Positions 1 to 9,901 of a DNA stretch of 64,000 bases are shown in pieces. The notes beneath the pieces were generated by a model. The model searched no databases. It worked only from the letters and a program-made list of their open reading frames with translations, and was not told the origin of the DNA. The position numbers were made by a program, and so were the translations under genes. This DNA is from a virus (taxonomy: Duplodnaviria; Caudoviricetes), in the IMG/VR virus record IMGVR_UViG_3300030376_007544, positions 1 through 64,000 of that record; one strand, 5' to 3'. How positions within the stretch are numbered: the stretch's first letter is position 1; every line of letters begins with the position of its first letter.

Positions 1-363
1 CCCACGTTCTGTGTTTAAATTAAACTGAACTTTAGCAAAAAGTCCACCAATGCCTGCTTTTCTCATTTTTTCAGGCAATCTAGGATCTGCTGGTCCAACT
101 TCATACATTTCGAGAACCTTACCAATTGGTTGGTTCCAGTCGTGGCCCCAGACAACACGAGGTTTTCTTCGGTGAAGTGATGCCTTAAAAGCACCCGGAA
201 GGACAATATCGCCTACGGAGTCCTTGTTTCCTATGCCGGAAACAAAGGCCTCTACGATTCCTTCTGCTTTATCAACACCGATTTGTCCAGAAATAGCCTT
301 AAACGTAAAGTCTTCGTTATCATTGTTTACGTTTGCATTTGAATTCAGAAGTAAAGTGGACAT
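1..363 (-). CDS. HK97-family prohead protease (N-terminal part; runs off window start)
   Basis: Manual translation from ATG at 363: MSTLLLNS...GIVEAFVSGIGNKDSVGDIVLPGAF...VVWGHDWNQPIGK, typical HK97 protease motifs; lies downstream of portal/gpF. Confidence 0.85.
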   Translation of the reverse strand, partial: MSTLLLNSNANVNNDNEDFTFKAISGQIGVDKAEGIVEAFVSGIGNKDSVGDIVLPGAFKASLHRRKPRVVWGHDWNQPIGKVLEMYEVGPADPRLPEKMRKAGIGGLFAKVQFNLNTERG

Positions 364-460
364 ATCTCTCCTAAAAATAATTCCAATACCCATATCCTAC
401 ATACTACAATGTAGCGTTCTGACACACTTTATATATAGTTTCTTATTATAGTTTATATAT

Positions 461-1207
461 TTATCGACTAAATTTCAACAAGCATCGGCAATTTATGGTC
501 AAGTTTGGTGGAGCTAGTGGATCTTTGGGGAATCTAATGGGTATTCCATTATATATAAATGCATCTTGAACAGGTACTTTGTCACCATTTAGGTCCCTAT
601 GAGCCATTCTAACCTTCTCATCTCTCAAAGAAAGCCATTCTTTAGTTATAGGGCGTCCACGATCTTGCTGTTCTAAAGCAACAGAAGAATCAAATAAGCC
701 TAGATTGTACGCACCAAGCACTCCAGTATCAACAATTAAGGGCTGTCTTTTGGATCGTAACTTATTAAAAACACTCTTAATTAAAGAATATGCGAGAGCA
801 ACCTTAAGCGCCACATCAATATCACCTTCATCAGATTCATCGGTTAATGCTGACGCTTGCGCCATTGCAGCGACAATTTGCTTCTGAGTCGTGGAATTAA
901 ACTCGTTTACCGTGCTTATATTTTGAGAAACTGATGCATTTTTAACGTTTTCCTCAACAGGTGTACCATATCCCTCTTGAATGTTGTCAACAACTGCCTG
1001 CTTGTATATGCCGTCCATTAGTGTGTTCATTCCTTGAGATGCCACCGACAAGGCTGCTAACGGTGCAACAACGCTAAAATCTGCATCTTTTCCAAGCCCA
1101 AGTAAGGCTTGAGTGGCTTCAGATTCTAGTTCTTTTAATACGATCTCTTCTTGGTCGTCAATAACCGAATCAACAACTTTAGCAAACTCTTCCTCTAGGG
1201 TGTCCAC
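461..1207 (-). CDS. Phage head morphogenesis protein (Mu gpF/SPP1 gp7-like); probably also or only made as a portal fusion
   Basis: C-terminal KEWLS.RDEKVR.AH..L.G...P.DP...INCRC motif; frame stays open upstream to 1279. Confidence 0.85.
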   Translation of the reverse strand: MDTLEEEFAKVVDSVIDDQEEIVLKELESEATQALLGLGKDADFSVVAPLAALSVASQGMNTLMDGIYKQAVVDNIQEGYGTPVEENVKNASVSQNISTVNEFNSTTQKQIVAAMAQASALTDESDEGDIDVALKVALAYSLIKSVFNKLRSKRQPLIVDTGVLGAYNLGLFDSSVALEQQDRGRPITKEWLSLRDEKVRMAHRDLNGDKVPVQDAFIYNGIPIRFPKDPLAPPNLTINCRCLLKFSR

Positions 1208-1245
1208 CCGATATAGGGCTTTTTCTTCCCAACTAGAAAATGCGT

Positions 1246-2742
1246 CTACTTTTTCGTTTTGGAAAAAGGGAGGCTCTTCTCACCCTCCGGTTCCAATCTA
1301 TCGCCTTCTAACTCGCTAGGAACATCTGCAGCTGAAGCCTCAATTGCCATAGTACCTTGTACTTTTCCAACGTCTTCTGCGGCAACCTCTATGTCTTCAG
1401 TTCCTTGAACCTCACCTGCTGGGACAAAGGCGCCTTGCTCTGGACTAAATTCTGTCACTTGTTGCTGTTGTGCCTGCTGTGCTTGCTGATCCATAGGTAC
1501 GCCTTCTTCCATACCTGCGTCTTCATTCATTGGCTTTTCTGTGTTGGCGATTGGTGACTGATTTGGATTAGCCAAAAGTGAATCAGCAATGTCAGACTCA
1601 ACCTTTTTCCGACCAGAAAGTTCTCGGTATTCGTTTACACTAATAAGACCCATTTGAAACTCTGTTGAATAATGGCGCTCTGCTTCTTGTTTTGAAAGTA
1701 TTAATATTGGAACATCAGATGTGTCAAAGTCAATATAATGTTCAGGGTCAATAGCATCAAACCCACGAGCAATCATAGCAAGGTGAGGAGTCATTGTCTC
1801 CATCCAGAACACTTTACCCTCTTCCATTGCGTTAGAGAAAGTTCTTCCTGAGGAGTTACCTATGATTGATTCAGGAACACCAAAGGCTGCTAATATTTCC
1901 TCTTTCGTGATTGTACGCATTTGAACATACGCTGCATCACGTGGAGAAGCAGCAGTATCAACAAAGTCGGCACCATCATCTGAGGAAATGACCCCAACCG
2001 ATCCTGTACGCCCAATGTTTCCTCTGAACCTCGAACGAAGCTCGTCTTTATCGTCTTCTGCAATTTCGCTCCTCAGAACTAACAGTCCGCCTGGTCGTCC
2101 ATCGTTAATTAGAAAGTTTCTGTTGTAAATCTTAGCCAAAGATTCAACTTCGATAGCCACACCAGCAGCTTCCATTGGTGTCATCGATAGATACGGATCA
2201 AGTGGGTGCGGGCGTCTAATCCATATTACATTTTCTCTACGTAACGTCTTTTTCTCAGTAGCGTTAATTTTTACTTCATAACCTTTTACAAAATTATTTA
2301 TGTCTGGAATTGGTGAAGTGTTTTGTGGAGGCAAAAGATGTAATGCGTTTGGTTGCCCATCACGCCCACGTATTATTTCAATAAATACCCCACGGCTACT
2401 CATCAACAATTGAGCAGACAGTCTATAGCGGAATGCAAAGGCATTCTCGCCTTTGTTGGTTGTGTTGTTAAGAATTTTTAATAAGTCATTGTCGCCAACA
2501 ACTTCTCCAAATGGATTGTTGTCTTTTCTTAGTATTACGGGCAGTTTGGCTTGGTTTGAGGCAATAACGTCAATACACCTAAAAACCCAAGTAACTTTTG
2601 ATACGCCTTCTTTGTAGGCTTTAACAATGTCCCAGCCGTCATGGTACCCAGCTTTAGGTTGTAGGCTTGGGCTATATGATATGGGGGCACCAACTGAAAT
2701 AGACTTTTGTTCTTCATTGTTTAAAGATTTATTCCAAGCCAT
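1246..2742 (-). CDS. Phage portal protein (HK97-like)
   Basis: VFRCIDVIAS, L..LPP, YNRNF..NDGRPGG, EILAAFGVP, ISVNEYRE motifs; acidic C-terminal tail. Confidence 0.92.
   Translation of the reverse strand: MAWNKSLNNEEQKSISVGAPISYSPSLQPKAGYHDGWDIVKAYKEGVSKVTWVFRCIDVIASNQAKLPVILRKDNNPFGEVVGDNDLLKILNNTTNKGENAFAFRYRLSAQLLMSSRGVFIEIIRGRDGQPNALHLLPPQNTSPIPDINNFVKGYEVKINATEKKTLRRENVIWIRRPHPLDPYLSMTPMEAAGVAIEVESLAKIYNRNFLINDGRPGGLLVLRSEIAEDDKDELRSRFRGNIGRTGSVGVISSDDGADFVDTAASPRDAAYVQMRTITKEEILAAFGVPESIIGNSSGRTFSNAMEEGKVFWMETMTPHLAMIARGFDAIDPEHYIDFDTSDVPILILSKQEAERHYSTEFQMGLISVNEYRELSGRKKVESDIADSLLANPNQSPIANTEKPMNEDAGMEEGVPMDQQAQQAQQQQVTEFSPEQGAFVPAGEVQGTEDIEVAAEDVGKVQGTMAIEASAADVPSELEGDRLEPEGEKSLPFSKTKK
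1264..1270 (-). other. Candidate -1 ribosomal frameshift heptamer C CCU UUU
   Basis: X XXY YYZ heptamer correctly phased in the portal frame; -1 frame continues into the gpF ORF. Confidence 0.65.
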
Positions 2743-2900
2743 TATTCAGCCCCTAGCAGATAAGCGTATATTGCACAGGAAAGACCAGCGCTTGCCAAAC
2801 CCCACCCTAAACTTAGTATACTAATACCAAAGCCTATTAGACATATGGAAGCGGACATTAACACGTGTGCAACCGTAGAACGGGTTAAAAATTTCTTCAT
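2742..2900 (-). CDS. Small two-TM membrane protein upstream of portal
   Basis: Hydrophobic ORF (MKKFLTR...), stop overlaps portal start; start uncertain. Confidence 0.55.
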   Translation of the reverse strand: MKKFLTRSTVAHVLMSASICLIGFGISILSLGWGLASAGLSCAIYAYLLGAE

Positions 2901-2942
2901 GATATCTATTTTATCGTGAAATTGTCTAGGAGACAAGTAAAT

Positions 2943-4259
2943 ATGGCAGTGCAGACAGCAGACTGGGAAAAAATAAAAGATTACCTTGAGCCTAAAAGAT
3001 CAGAGTACTGGGTTGAAGAGCCTTCTTTGACTCAAAAAGTTTTCTTAAAATCAACTTCAACCGAAGTTCTTTTTGGGGGAGCAGCTGGCGGTGGTAAGTC
3101 GTCTGCACTCATAATGGCCGCATTGCAGTATGTTGATGTTCCAAACTACAGTGCTATTTTATTTAGGCGTACTTATGCCGACCTTGCCCTACCAGGTGCT
3201 TTGATGGATAGATTTAGGGACTGGGTTTCTAGCTATGATGATGTGCATTGGAATGCAAATATGTACACGGCTACTTTTCCTAGTGGCGCTAGAATCACTT
3301 TCGGGTACTTAAACAACGTGAACGATTACCTTCGTTACAAAGGTTCCGAATTCCAGTTTATAGGAATGGACGAAGTAACTGAAATTAGAGAAGCTGACTA
3401 TCGCTACATGTTCTCCCGTCTACGCCGTCCGGCAACGGGACCGCTGGCTACTGTACCTTTAAGAATGCGTGCAGCGACAAACCCAGCACCAAATTGGGTT
3501 AGGCAAAGATTCTTGACAGAAGGTAAGTCAAAAGGAAGAATTTTTGTCCCCTCAATGCTAACAGACAATCCAGGTATTGACCCAGAGTCGTATCGTGCGG
3601 TTTTGCAAGAATTAGATCCTATCGAGCGAAAGCGTTTGGAGTTTGGTGATTGGTGGGCAACAACACTGGGATCAATGTTTGATAGAACTAATCTAGAGAT
3701 TATTGAGCCATCTGAAATTCCTGAACTGGACAATGAAACAACAATTGTACGTTTTTGGGATTTGGCTGGAACTGAACCAAGTCAAAGTAACCCAGATCCC
3801 GACTGGACAGTTGGTGTCTTGGGAGCCTTTCATAAGGGAGTGTTTTATGTTATGGACGTTCGGCGTATACGTGCAAAAGGTGAAAAAGTAGAACGATTTA
3901 TAAAAGACACAGCATTTGAAGATGGTCCTGAAATATCCATACGAATGGAGCAAGAACCAGGATCTTCTGGTAAAAACCTTATTGATTCATATGCACGATA
4001 CGTTTTGGAAGGCTACGACTTTACTGGTCAACGAGCCACAGGTGACAAGGTTACTAGAGCAAAGCCTTTCTCAGCAGCTGTGGCAAATGGGAACGTTAAA
4101 CTTATACGTGCCGATTGGAACACTGATTTCATAGATGAATTATCCGCATTCCCTGAAGCAAAAGTCCATGACGATCAAGTGGACGCAGCCGTACATGCAT
4201 TTAATATGTGTGCCGGATTGGGCATGGGAGTTCGTAGAAAAATTGAAATCATAATCTAG
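2943..4259 (+). CDS. terL: Terminase large subunit
   Basis: Walker A GGAAGGGKS, Walker B FIGMDE, ATNP coupling motif, RNase H-like WDLA and HDDQVDA; AGGAG precedes ATG 2943. Confidence 0.93.
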   Translation: MAVQTADWEKIKDYLEPKRSEYWVEEPSLTQKVFLKSTSTEVLFGGAAGGGKSSALIMAALQYVDVPNYSAILFRRTYADLALPGALMDRFRDWVSSYDDVHWNANMYTATFPSGARITFGYLNNVNDYLRYKGSEFQFIGMDEVTEIREADYRYMFSRLRRPATGPLATVPLRMRAATNPAPNWVRQRFLTEGKSKGRIFVPSMLTDNPGIDPESYRAVLQELDPIERKRLEFGDWWATTLGSMFDRTNLEIIEPSEIPELDNETTIVRFWDLAGTEPSQSNPDPDWTVGVLGAFHKGVFYVMDVRRIRAKGEKVERFIKDTAFEDGPEISIRMEQEPGSSGKNLIDSYARYVLEGYDFTGQRATGDKVTRAKPFSAAVANGNVKLIRADWNTDFIDELSAFPEAKVHDDQVDAAVHAFNMCAGLGMGVRRKIEIII

Positions 4260-4268
4260 AATATACCT

Positions 4269-4550
4269 ATGAGTAACATTAAGGTTTGGATTGATCAGGA
4301 TCTCTGCACGGGAGACGGACTTTGTGCGGAAATATGCCCTAGCATCTTTGAGATGGCTGACGATGGGTTGGCGTATGTTAAAGAGGTAAGTTGGCCAACG
4401 ATATATTCAGAAGACGGAAAAACTGCATCTAGTGAACCTCTTCTTCAAATGGCTGAAGGAACAGCATCTGTGCCAGAAGACATACTTGAAGATGTTATTG
4501 AATCAGCAGATGAGTGCCCAGGCGAGTGTATATTTATTGACATTGAATAA
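4269..4550 (+). CDS. Ferredoxin (single-cluster Fe-S, actinobacterial type)
   Basis: KVWIDQDLCTGDGLCAEICP...ECPGECI motif. Confidence 0.9.
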   Translation: MSNIKVWIDQDLCTGDGLCAEICPSIFEMADDGLAYVKEVSWPTIYSEDGKTASSEPLLQMAEGTASVPEDILEDVIESADECPGECIFIDIE

Positions 4551-4772
4551 TTAAAACAGAGTTTCAGTCTGTGGACCCATTCCACGTAGTTTCTGTTTTT
4601 GTTTTTCTACACAACCGTTATGTGCCCATGCGTCTGGCTCAGACATTAGCGATAAAGAATTGGTTCCACCCTGTTCTCGTATCTGTGCCCACCCAGTCAC
4701 ACGTCGATAGGCGCCTTTTAATGTTGCAACGGGATTACCGCAAAAGTGGCAATTCGCTTGAGGAATTTTCAT
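4551..4772 (-). CDS. Hypothetical protein, putative Zn-binding
   Basis: CxxC...HxxC; overlaps end of MTase gene. Confidence 0.55.
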   Translation of the reverse strand: MKIPQANCHFCGNPVATLKGAYRRVTGWAQIREQGGTNSLSLMSEPDAWAHNGCVEKQKQKLRGMGPQTETLF

Positions 4773-5757
4773 TATTAAGTACCTCTTTAATACTATTCGC
4801 TAGGTGATAGGCGAATTTAGGAGGAACCGCATTGCCTACCATTTTGTATCCATCTTCTATCTTATCGTAAATTAATTTAAAATTGTCTGGAAATGTCTGA
4901 ATTCTTGCACACTCCCTAACGGAAAGTCTACGATATAAGTGCTCTTTTCCACTCTCAAATATAAACGGACCATCTGGAGTTTTTATCATCTTTGGTGCTT
5001 GTGGGTGCAAAGGCATATGCCTCGCAGATGCCACAATAGTAAACGACTGTTGTTCCCAGTTTCTAACCCTATTGCGCAGTAGCCAAAAAGCTGAATAATC
5101 TCCTTCCATATACTCATGGTTGGGAAACTCACACTCTGTAGACTTTGATTTACGATCAGCCGATTTAACTTGATATTGTTGAAGATCTAAAATGGCACTT
5201 TTTAAGTTGGGCTTGCTCGATAGGTTTAGTGGTGATGGGAAGTCATACGGCGTAGAAATGTCCTCTCGTATTCCTAGAAAGATTACTCGTTTTCTATCTT
5301 GTGGAATGCCGTAATCAGAAAGGTTAAATAATTTAATATGAATATTGTAACCACATACCTTAAAAAGATTTGTTAAAGTTTCAACCACACTTCTGTTTCT
5401 GTCGGACAAAATACCTTGCACATTCTCTGCTACAAAAAACTTTGGTTGTTTTTCTTGTAGTATTCTTATAAACTCAAAGAATAGTTGTCCCCTTTTATCA
5501 TTTATGCCTTTTCTGGAACCACCATCGCTCCAACTTTGACATGGAGGACCACCAATAATGCCATCACAGTCAGGGATATCTCTACTGTCCACATTCACTA
5601 TGCTTCGAGTGTCCAATACACAGTTTGGGTGGTTTTCTCGATATGTTTTCCAAATCGTTTTATCATGCTCATTTGCCCAAACAACATCGAATCCAGCCAA
5701 GGTAAAGCCCAAGTCTAAGCCACCAGCACCAGAAAAAAGTGAAACTACTTTTGTCAT
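4735..5757 (-). CDS. C5-cytosine DNA methyltransferase, M.HaeIII-like
   Basis: FSGAGG, GGPPCQSWS, ENV, QDRKRV, RNRVR, RECARIQTFP, GNAVP motifs. Confidence 0.95.
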   Translation of the reverse strand: MTKVVSLFSGAGGLDLGFTLAGFDVVWANEHDKTIWKTYRENHPNCVLDTRSIVNVDSRDIPDCDGIIGGPPCQSWSDGGSRKGINDKRGQLFFEFIRILQEKQPKFFVAENVQGILSDRNRSVVETLTNLFKVCGYNIHIKLFNLSDYGIPQDRKRVIFLGIREDISTPYDFPSPLNLSSKPNLKSAILDLQQYQVKSADRKSKSTECEFPNHEYMEGDYSAFWLLRNRVRNWEQQSFTIVASARHMPLHPQAPKMIKTPDGPFIFESGKEHLYRRLSVRECARIQTFPDNFKLIYDKIEDGYKMVGNAVPPKFAYHLANSIKEVLNNENSSSELPLLR

Positions 5758-6711
5758 TGTTTAGCCAGTATGTCAAAAACACGAACTTTTAGCCTGTGGC
5801 TATAATTGTCTATTTCTAAAGTGTGCTGAGCTGCATCTAATGGATCAATGTCTCTGTAAAAATCAACATATTCAATTATGGCATTATAAAAAGCCCAACG
5901 TGTTTCTCCAAACAGCCCACTATTGTAATCTTTTCTAAATAATTCTTCAATCTTTGAATGCACATCTTCTGCGTGTTCTCGTTTCTTTTTCGTATTCGCT
6001 GTTTCTACTGAGGCAACAACGTTCATGGCATCTTTTTTCATTGAGGGTCCTATTGGTTTTTGCAGTGCGCCAACAGCATCTGCCATTGCCATACTCCAAT
6101 TTTTTCTCAACTCTATTGCCTCACTAGCTTCAACCTCATGACCTTTTAGGTTTTTCGTATGTCTTTTTCTTAAGTCAAAATCATACGTCTCAGATGAAAC
6201 TCTGTAAACTGTGTTCCTACTTTGATTTACGTCAAGATTGTAGTAACAAATAGGAATAGATCCGTCATGGGAGGACATTAAGATTAGGAAACTGTTAATA
6301 CCGGACTCGGTATCTCTAACTTTTAAGGCAATTGATCCGAAGGACATGGCTACGAAGAACTTACGACCCTCATCAAGAACCCCACAACTATGTAGTTTGG
6401 CTGTGCCGTTTGTTCTAGCAATAACGCCTTTTGCTCTTTCTAGTAAATCAGTATTTTGTACGACTTCATAACGCTCTTTAACAACTTCCCAGTAATCCCA
6501 GTGTAGCCCATTTGGGTTGGGGCGACAAGTGACAAACCTGCTTTTAAGTTCAACTAAAGAGTCATTAAGGCTATCCCAAAGCGTAACTGGCTTAAGGTGA
6601 ACCTTGTAGTCTGCACCTGCGTTGGCAAGTATTTCCTCGTCAGATTGATTCTTGAGTATTGGTGACGCAAGAGACAGCCACGATTTTTTATCTTGTGTCC
6701 CCTGATCCATG
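5754..6711 (-). CDS. DUF932/DUF945-family phage protein
   Basis: YEVVQN, G.LDEGRKFF, SHDGS, RH, W..YNA..EY.D motifs; start uncertain. Confidence 0.75.
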
Positions 6712-7014
6712 GAGTTTGTCCCTTGTTTGTCTGTCATGTAGTTTTTGAATGTTTGCGCCTGCAATATATCGCAAGTCATAACCCAATTCATGTACTAAAT
6801 TTGCAACGTACCACAACACATCGCCCACTTCAAGGGCTAGCGCTTCTCGCATTTCATCATCTATTTCTCCACCATGATCACGAATTACTTTTTTAACTTT
6901 TTCAGCAACCTCGCCTGCTTCTCCAACTAAACCAAGTGTCGTATACAAGATGCCCATTTCCTTTGGGTAGACGGCTGTTTCTTTGGCAGCCGCTTGATAG
7001 GCGTTAACGTCCAT
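6688..7014 (-). CDS. MazG-like nucleotide pyrophosphohydrolase
   Basis: LGLVGEAGEVAEKVKK...EVGDVLWY. Confidence 0.9.
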   Translation of the reverse strand: MDVNAYQAAAKETAVYPKEMGILYTTLGLVGEAGEVAEKVKKVIRDHGGEIDDEMREALALEVGDVLWYVANLVHELGYDLRYIAGANIQKLHDRQTRDKLHGSGDTR

Positions 7015-7028
7015 ATTTTCCTCCGTTG

Positions 7029-7550
7029 CTAAACTTGTTCTGTGTGTCCTGTTGGTCTTTCAACTCTAATGTCTTCTCCAGACGCTGATTCAATCGGAAC
7101 CCATGCTGGAGAATAACTGTGTTGCTTGACTTTTCTCATCTTAACTAGGGTGCCATCAGCAAGAACATCAAACTCATCGCTTGTCATTTCAAGTTTGAGT
7201 CGCAAGTCTTCATGATTGTACTTGCCCGAAGCCAATATTCTTTTCAGCATTCTAGACAAATACTTGGCGACAACTATCCCTCTTGATCTATTCATGTCAA
7301 TATGTAGCAACATTGCATCAATGTCATCACAATCCACTACAGTCACGGGAACAGTTTTAATGCTTTGTTCATTAGCTACAGTCCAACGATGATAACCGTC
7401 TATAATTTTACCATTCTTTTGTGCAAGAATGGGGCTAAGTATCCCGTACTTAATGATAGAGTTTGTTAGCCTTCTATAGTCTGGGGAAACCACATAAGAT
7501 GCCGATACCCATTTAGCAGGCTTAAGTTTTGATGTTTTTATATACTCCAT
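7029..7550 (-). CDS. ParB/Srx N-terminal domain protein (IbrB-like)
   Basis: SI.KYG...PI, IIDGYHR, NRSRG motifs. Confidence 0.85.
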   Translation of the reverse strand: MEYIKTSKLKPAKWVSASYVVSPDYRRLTNSIIKYGILSPILAQKNGKIIDGYHRWTVANEQSIKTVPVTVVDCDDIDAMLLHIDMNRSRGIVVAKYLSRMLKRILASGKYNHEDLRLKLEMTSDEFDVLADGTLVKMRKVKQHSYSPAWVPIESASGEDIRVERPTGHTEQV

Positions 7551-7559
7551 ACCTTTAGG

Positions 7560-8735
7560 TTATCGAGTATCGTCAACTATGTCAAGGCTGTCTGCGTCCA
7601 TCATTTCCTGTTGCTCTTGTTTTGCCAGCATTGCCACTCTTTTATTGTGTGATTTTGTTTTTGGACCGACTGGGCTTGGGGTGCCAGTAAATGAGTTGAG
7701 TAGTAACGTGCGAATTAGATGTTCACGAGGATACCCATAGGGATCTTTTGCGTGTCTCTTTTTGTACTCATGCGTATACATCATGGCCATTCTGTGAAAT
7801 CCTGGTGTTAGCATGTTGTCATCAATGCACTCTTTTACTCCGTCCCAACCATTGCTTGCATAAACATCAATTAAAGTTTCAATATCAAACTCAGACCAAA
7901 GTTGTAACTGGGCTTCAATCTCAGGAAAGCACCTATATAGTTCATCATAAAATTCTGGCTCAGTTCTGATAACATCTGTGAGCCTACGGGCTGCAACTGC
8001 ATGCAAGGGTATTCCAACTCTTTGGTTGGCTCCACTCATTGCAGCGTAATCGTAATATTTGCAATAATCGGCATTATGTTCTTCAGTAATAAACTTTAAC
8101 ACATCATCAGATTGCCAGTCATAGATCACTTTAGCAAAACGCATAGGGATCGCTTTGGATAGCCCAAATGGTCGGTTAATATAATTCTCGTGTAGCTTTT
8201 GGACAACTGTTCTGTATCTAATCATCGACTCATTTGCTCTAACGCCAGTAATGAAAGCAGTAAGACCCTTTTTACCTTGCATTGTATACTCATCAATTCT
8301 TTTTGGTATACACTCGTTTGGATCAAGCCCAAAATGCTCTGCTCTAATTGCGTTCTTAGGGAAGGGTCTAAAAAGCCTATCCTCAGACTCTCTCATTTTT
8401 GACCACAACAGAACGTATTCTCGCCGTCCGAGAACCCATAGTTCTTGTCCTTGTGGTAAACAATACCACTCCATGTCAACCCAGTCGTAATTAGAAACTT
8501 CAGTTACGTACTCTTCAATGGCAGGGGAAATCATTTCTTCGTCACGAAAAATAACCTTTACAGGACCAAGCCCTCTTTCTTCGTGGACTTCTTTGGCTAG
8601 GTATAAGCACGCTGTTGAATCTTTTCCCCCACTGAACTGTACGGCAACACTATCAAACCTGTCATATACATGCCTAATACGTTGTCGTGCTGCTTCAACA
8701 CAGTTAATGTCTAAAAACATACGTTTTCTAGGCAT
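7560..8735 (-). CDS. PAPS-reductase/PP-loop family protein (IbrA/YbdN-like)
   Basis: FSGGKDS PP-loop, FRDEE, GVRANES..R, IYDW...DV, QRVG.P. Confidence 0.88.
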   Translation of the reverse strand: MPRKRMFLDINCVEAARQRIRHVYDRFDSVAVQFSGGKDSTACLYLAKEVHEERGLGPVKVIFRDEEMISPAIEEYVTEVSNYDWVDMEWYCLPQGQELWVLGRREYVLLWSKMRESEDRLFRPFPKNAIRAEHFGLDPNECIPKRIDEYTMQGKKGLTAFITGVRANESMIRYRTVVQKLHENYINRPFGLSKAIPMRFAKVIYDWQSDDVLKFITEEHNADYCKYYDYAAMSGANQRVGIPLHAVAARRLTDVIRTEPEFYDELYRCFPEIEAQLQLWSEFDIETLIDVYASNGWDGVKECIDDNMLTPGFHRMAMMYTHEYKKRHAKDPYGYPREHLIRTLLLNSFTGTPSPVGPKTKSHNKRVAMLAKQEQQEMMDADSLDIVDDTR

Positions 8736-8737
8736 AA

Positions 8738-9526
8738 CTATCCTTCAGGGGTGTGATTAGCAATAAAGTCTAAAAGTCGTTCAGAAGTTGTTTCACCAAC
8801 AAATGTATCGTCGTCTTTTAACCAACGCAAAAACGAATACCATTTCGACTGTTGTTCAGCAGAGTCAAACACGAGGGTGAATTGAATTGCTGCATTTTTT
8901 GTTCCAGAGGCACTAGTTGTAGTGCTTCCTTGTGTAACCAAAGTACTCGTAGGTACTTCGGTTGGTCTAGGTAGGGAATTTTCTTCATCGTCCACTGATC
9001 CAGTGTGTTCAATTGGGTCATGGGATTCACTGATGACTATTTCAGGGGCAACCCAACCGTCATTGCTCCCCCGTATTTCCCTGTCAAACTCGTTCTCAAT
9101 AACTTCATTTTCAATAACTGCTACAGCAAAATCGTCCCAACCTAGAAGATCAAAAAAGTCTGCGTCTGTTCCTGCCACAGAAGAAATTGCTTCATATAAT
9201 GCGTCTGCATCAGTAGAACCTAAATCGGAAATTCTGTTATCCGCAAGCGCAAATGCTAAAGCATCATCTGAGTTTAAGTCTACAATACTCGTAGCAATTT
9301 GATCCCAACCTAAGTTTTTAGCAGCTTGCAACTGATGGTTTCCTGCGATTACAACCAAAGTTCCATCATTGTCTCTAACTGCAACTATTGGCTTTAGTTG
9401 TCCGAACTTGTTATAGGAGGCCGTTATTGCTTCAATATTACCTCGTCGAGCATTGTTCTCAAGAGGCTTTAAAAGATCAATATCTACAGCAAGATCTCTA
9501 ATTGCTTCATCAATTTTATCAATCAT
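8738..9526 (-). CDS. ParB-like nuclease domain protein
   Basis: NNAR, KFGQLKPI, IAGNH, ALADNR motifs. Confidence 0.85.
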   Translation of the reverse strand: MIDKIDEAIRDLAVDIDLLKPLENNARRGNIEAITASYNKFGQLKPIVAVRDNDGTLVVIAGNHQLQAAKNLGWDQIATSIVDLNSDDALAFALADNRISDLGSTDADALYEAISSVAGTDADFFDLLGWDDFAVAVIENEVIENEFDREIRGSNDGWVAPEIVISESHDPIEHTGSVDDEENSLPRPTEVPTSTLVTQGSTTTSASGTKNAAIQFTLVFDSAEQQSKWYSFLRWLKDDDTFVGETTSERLLDFIANHTPEG

Positions 9527-9538
9527 TATATAACCTCG

Positions 9539-9892
9539 TTAAAACTTTACTTGTGATCTTACGTTGGCGGCAATTGTTCTAAGAGCGTCACACGCCGTTC
9601 TCAAAGAGTGTAACTTTTCCCGTTTCGCTTTTACGAGCGCTTCGGAAACTTGGACATCGTAGTAAAGGTCACTAGTTTTATAACCAGCCCAACTCTCTTT
9701 GTTTTTCACAGCGCCTTCTGCTGCTAAATACTCTTTAAACCAATTCTTTTTATACTCGGCTTCTTTGACAGCATGATCTTTTGCAAGTGCCTCAAAAGCT
9801 TCAGTTTCGTTTTCAATATCATGAGTTATGCGAATCAATTCAGACTCTATTTCAGTTGAACTTATCGGTCTGTTTCTCTCACCTATACTCAT
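9539..9892 (-). CDS. Hypothetical coiled-coil protein
   Basis: Helical ORF in operon context. Confidence 0.7.
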   Translation of the reverse strand: MSIGERNRPISSTEIESELIRITHDIENETEAFEALAKDHAVKEAEYKKNWFKEYLAAEGAVKNKESWAGYKTSDLYYDVQVSEALVKAKREKLHSLRTACDALRTIAANVRSQVKF

Positions 9893-9901
9893 GCAACTAT
9901 T

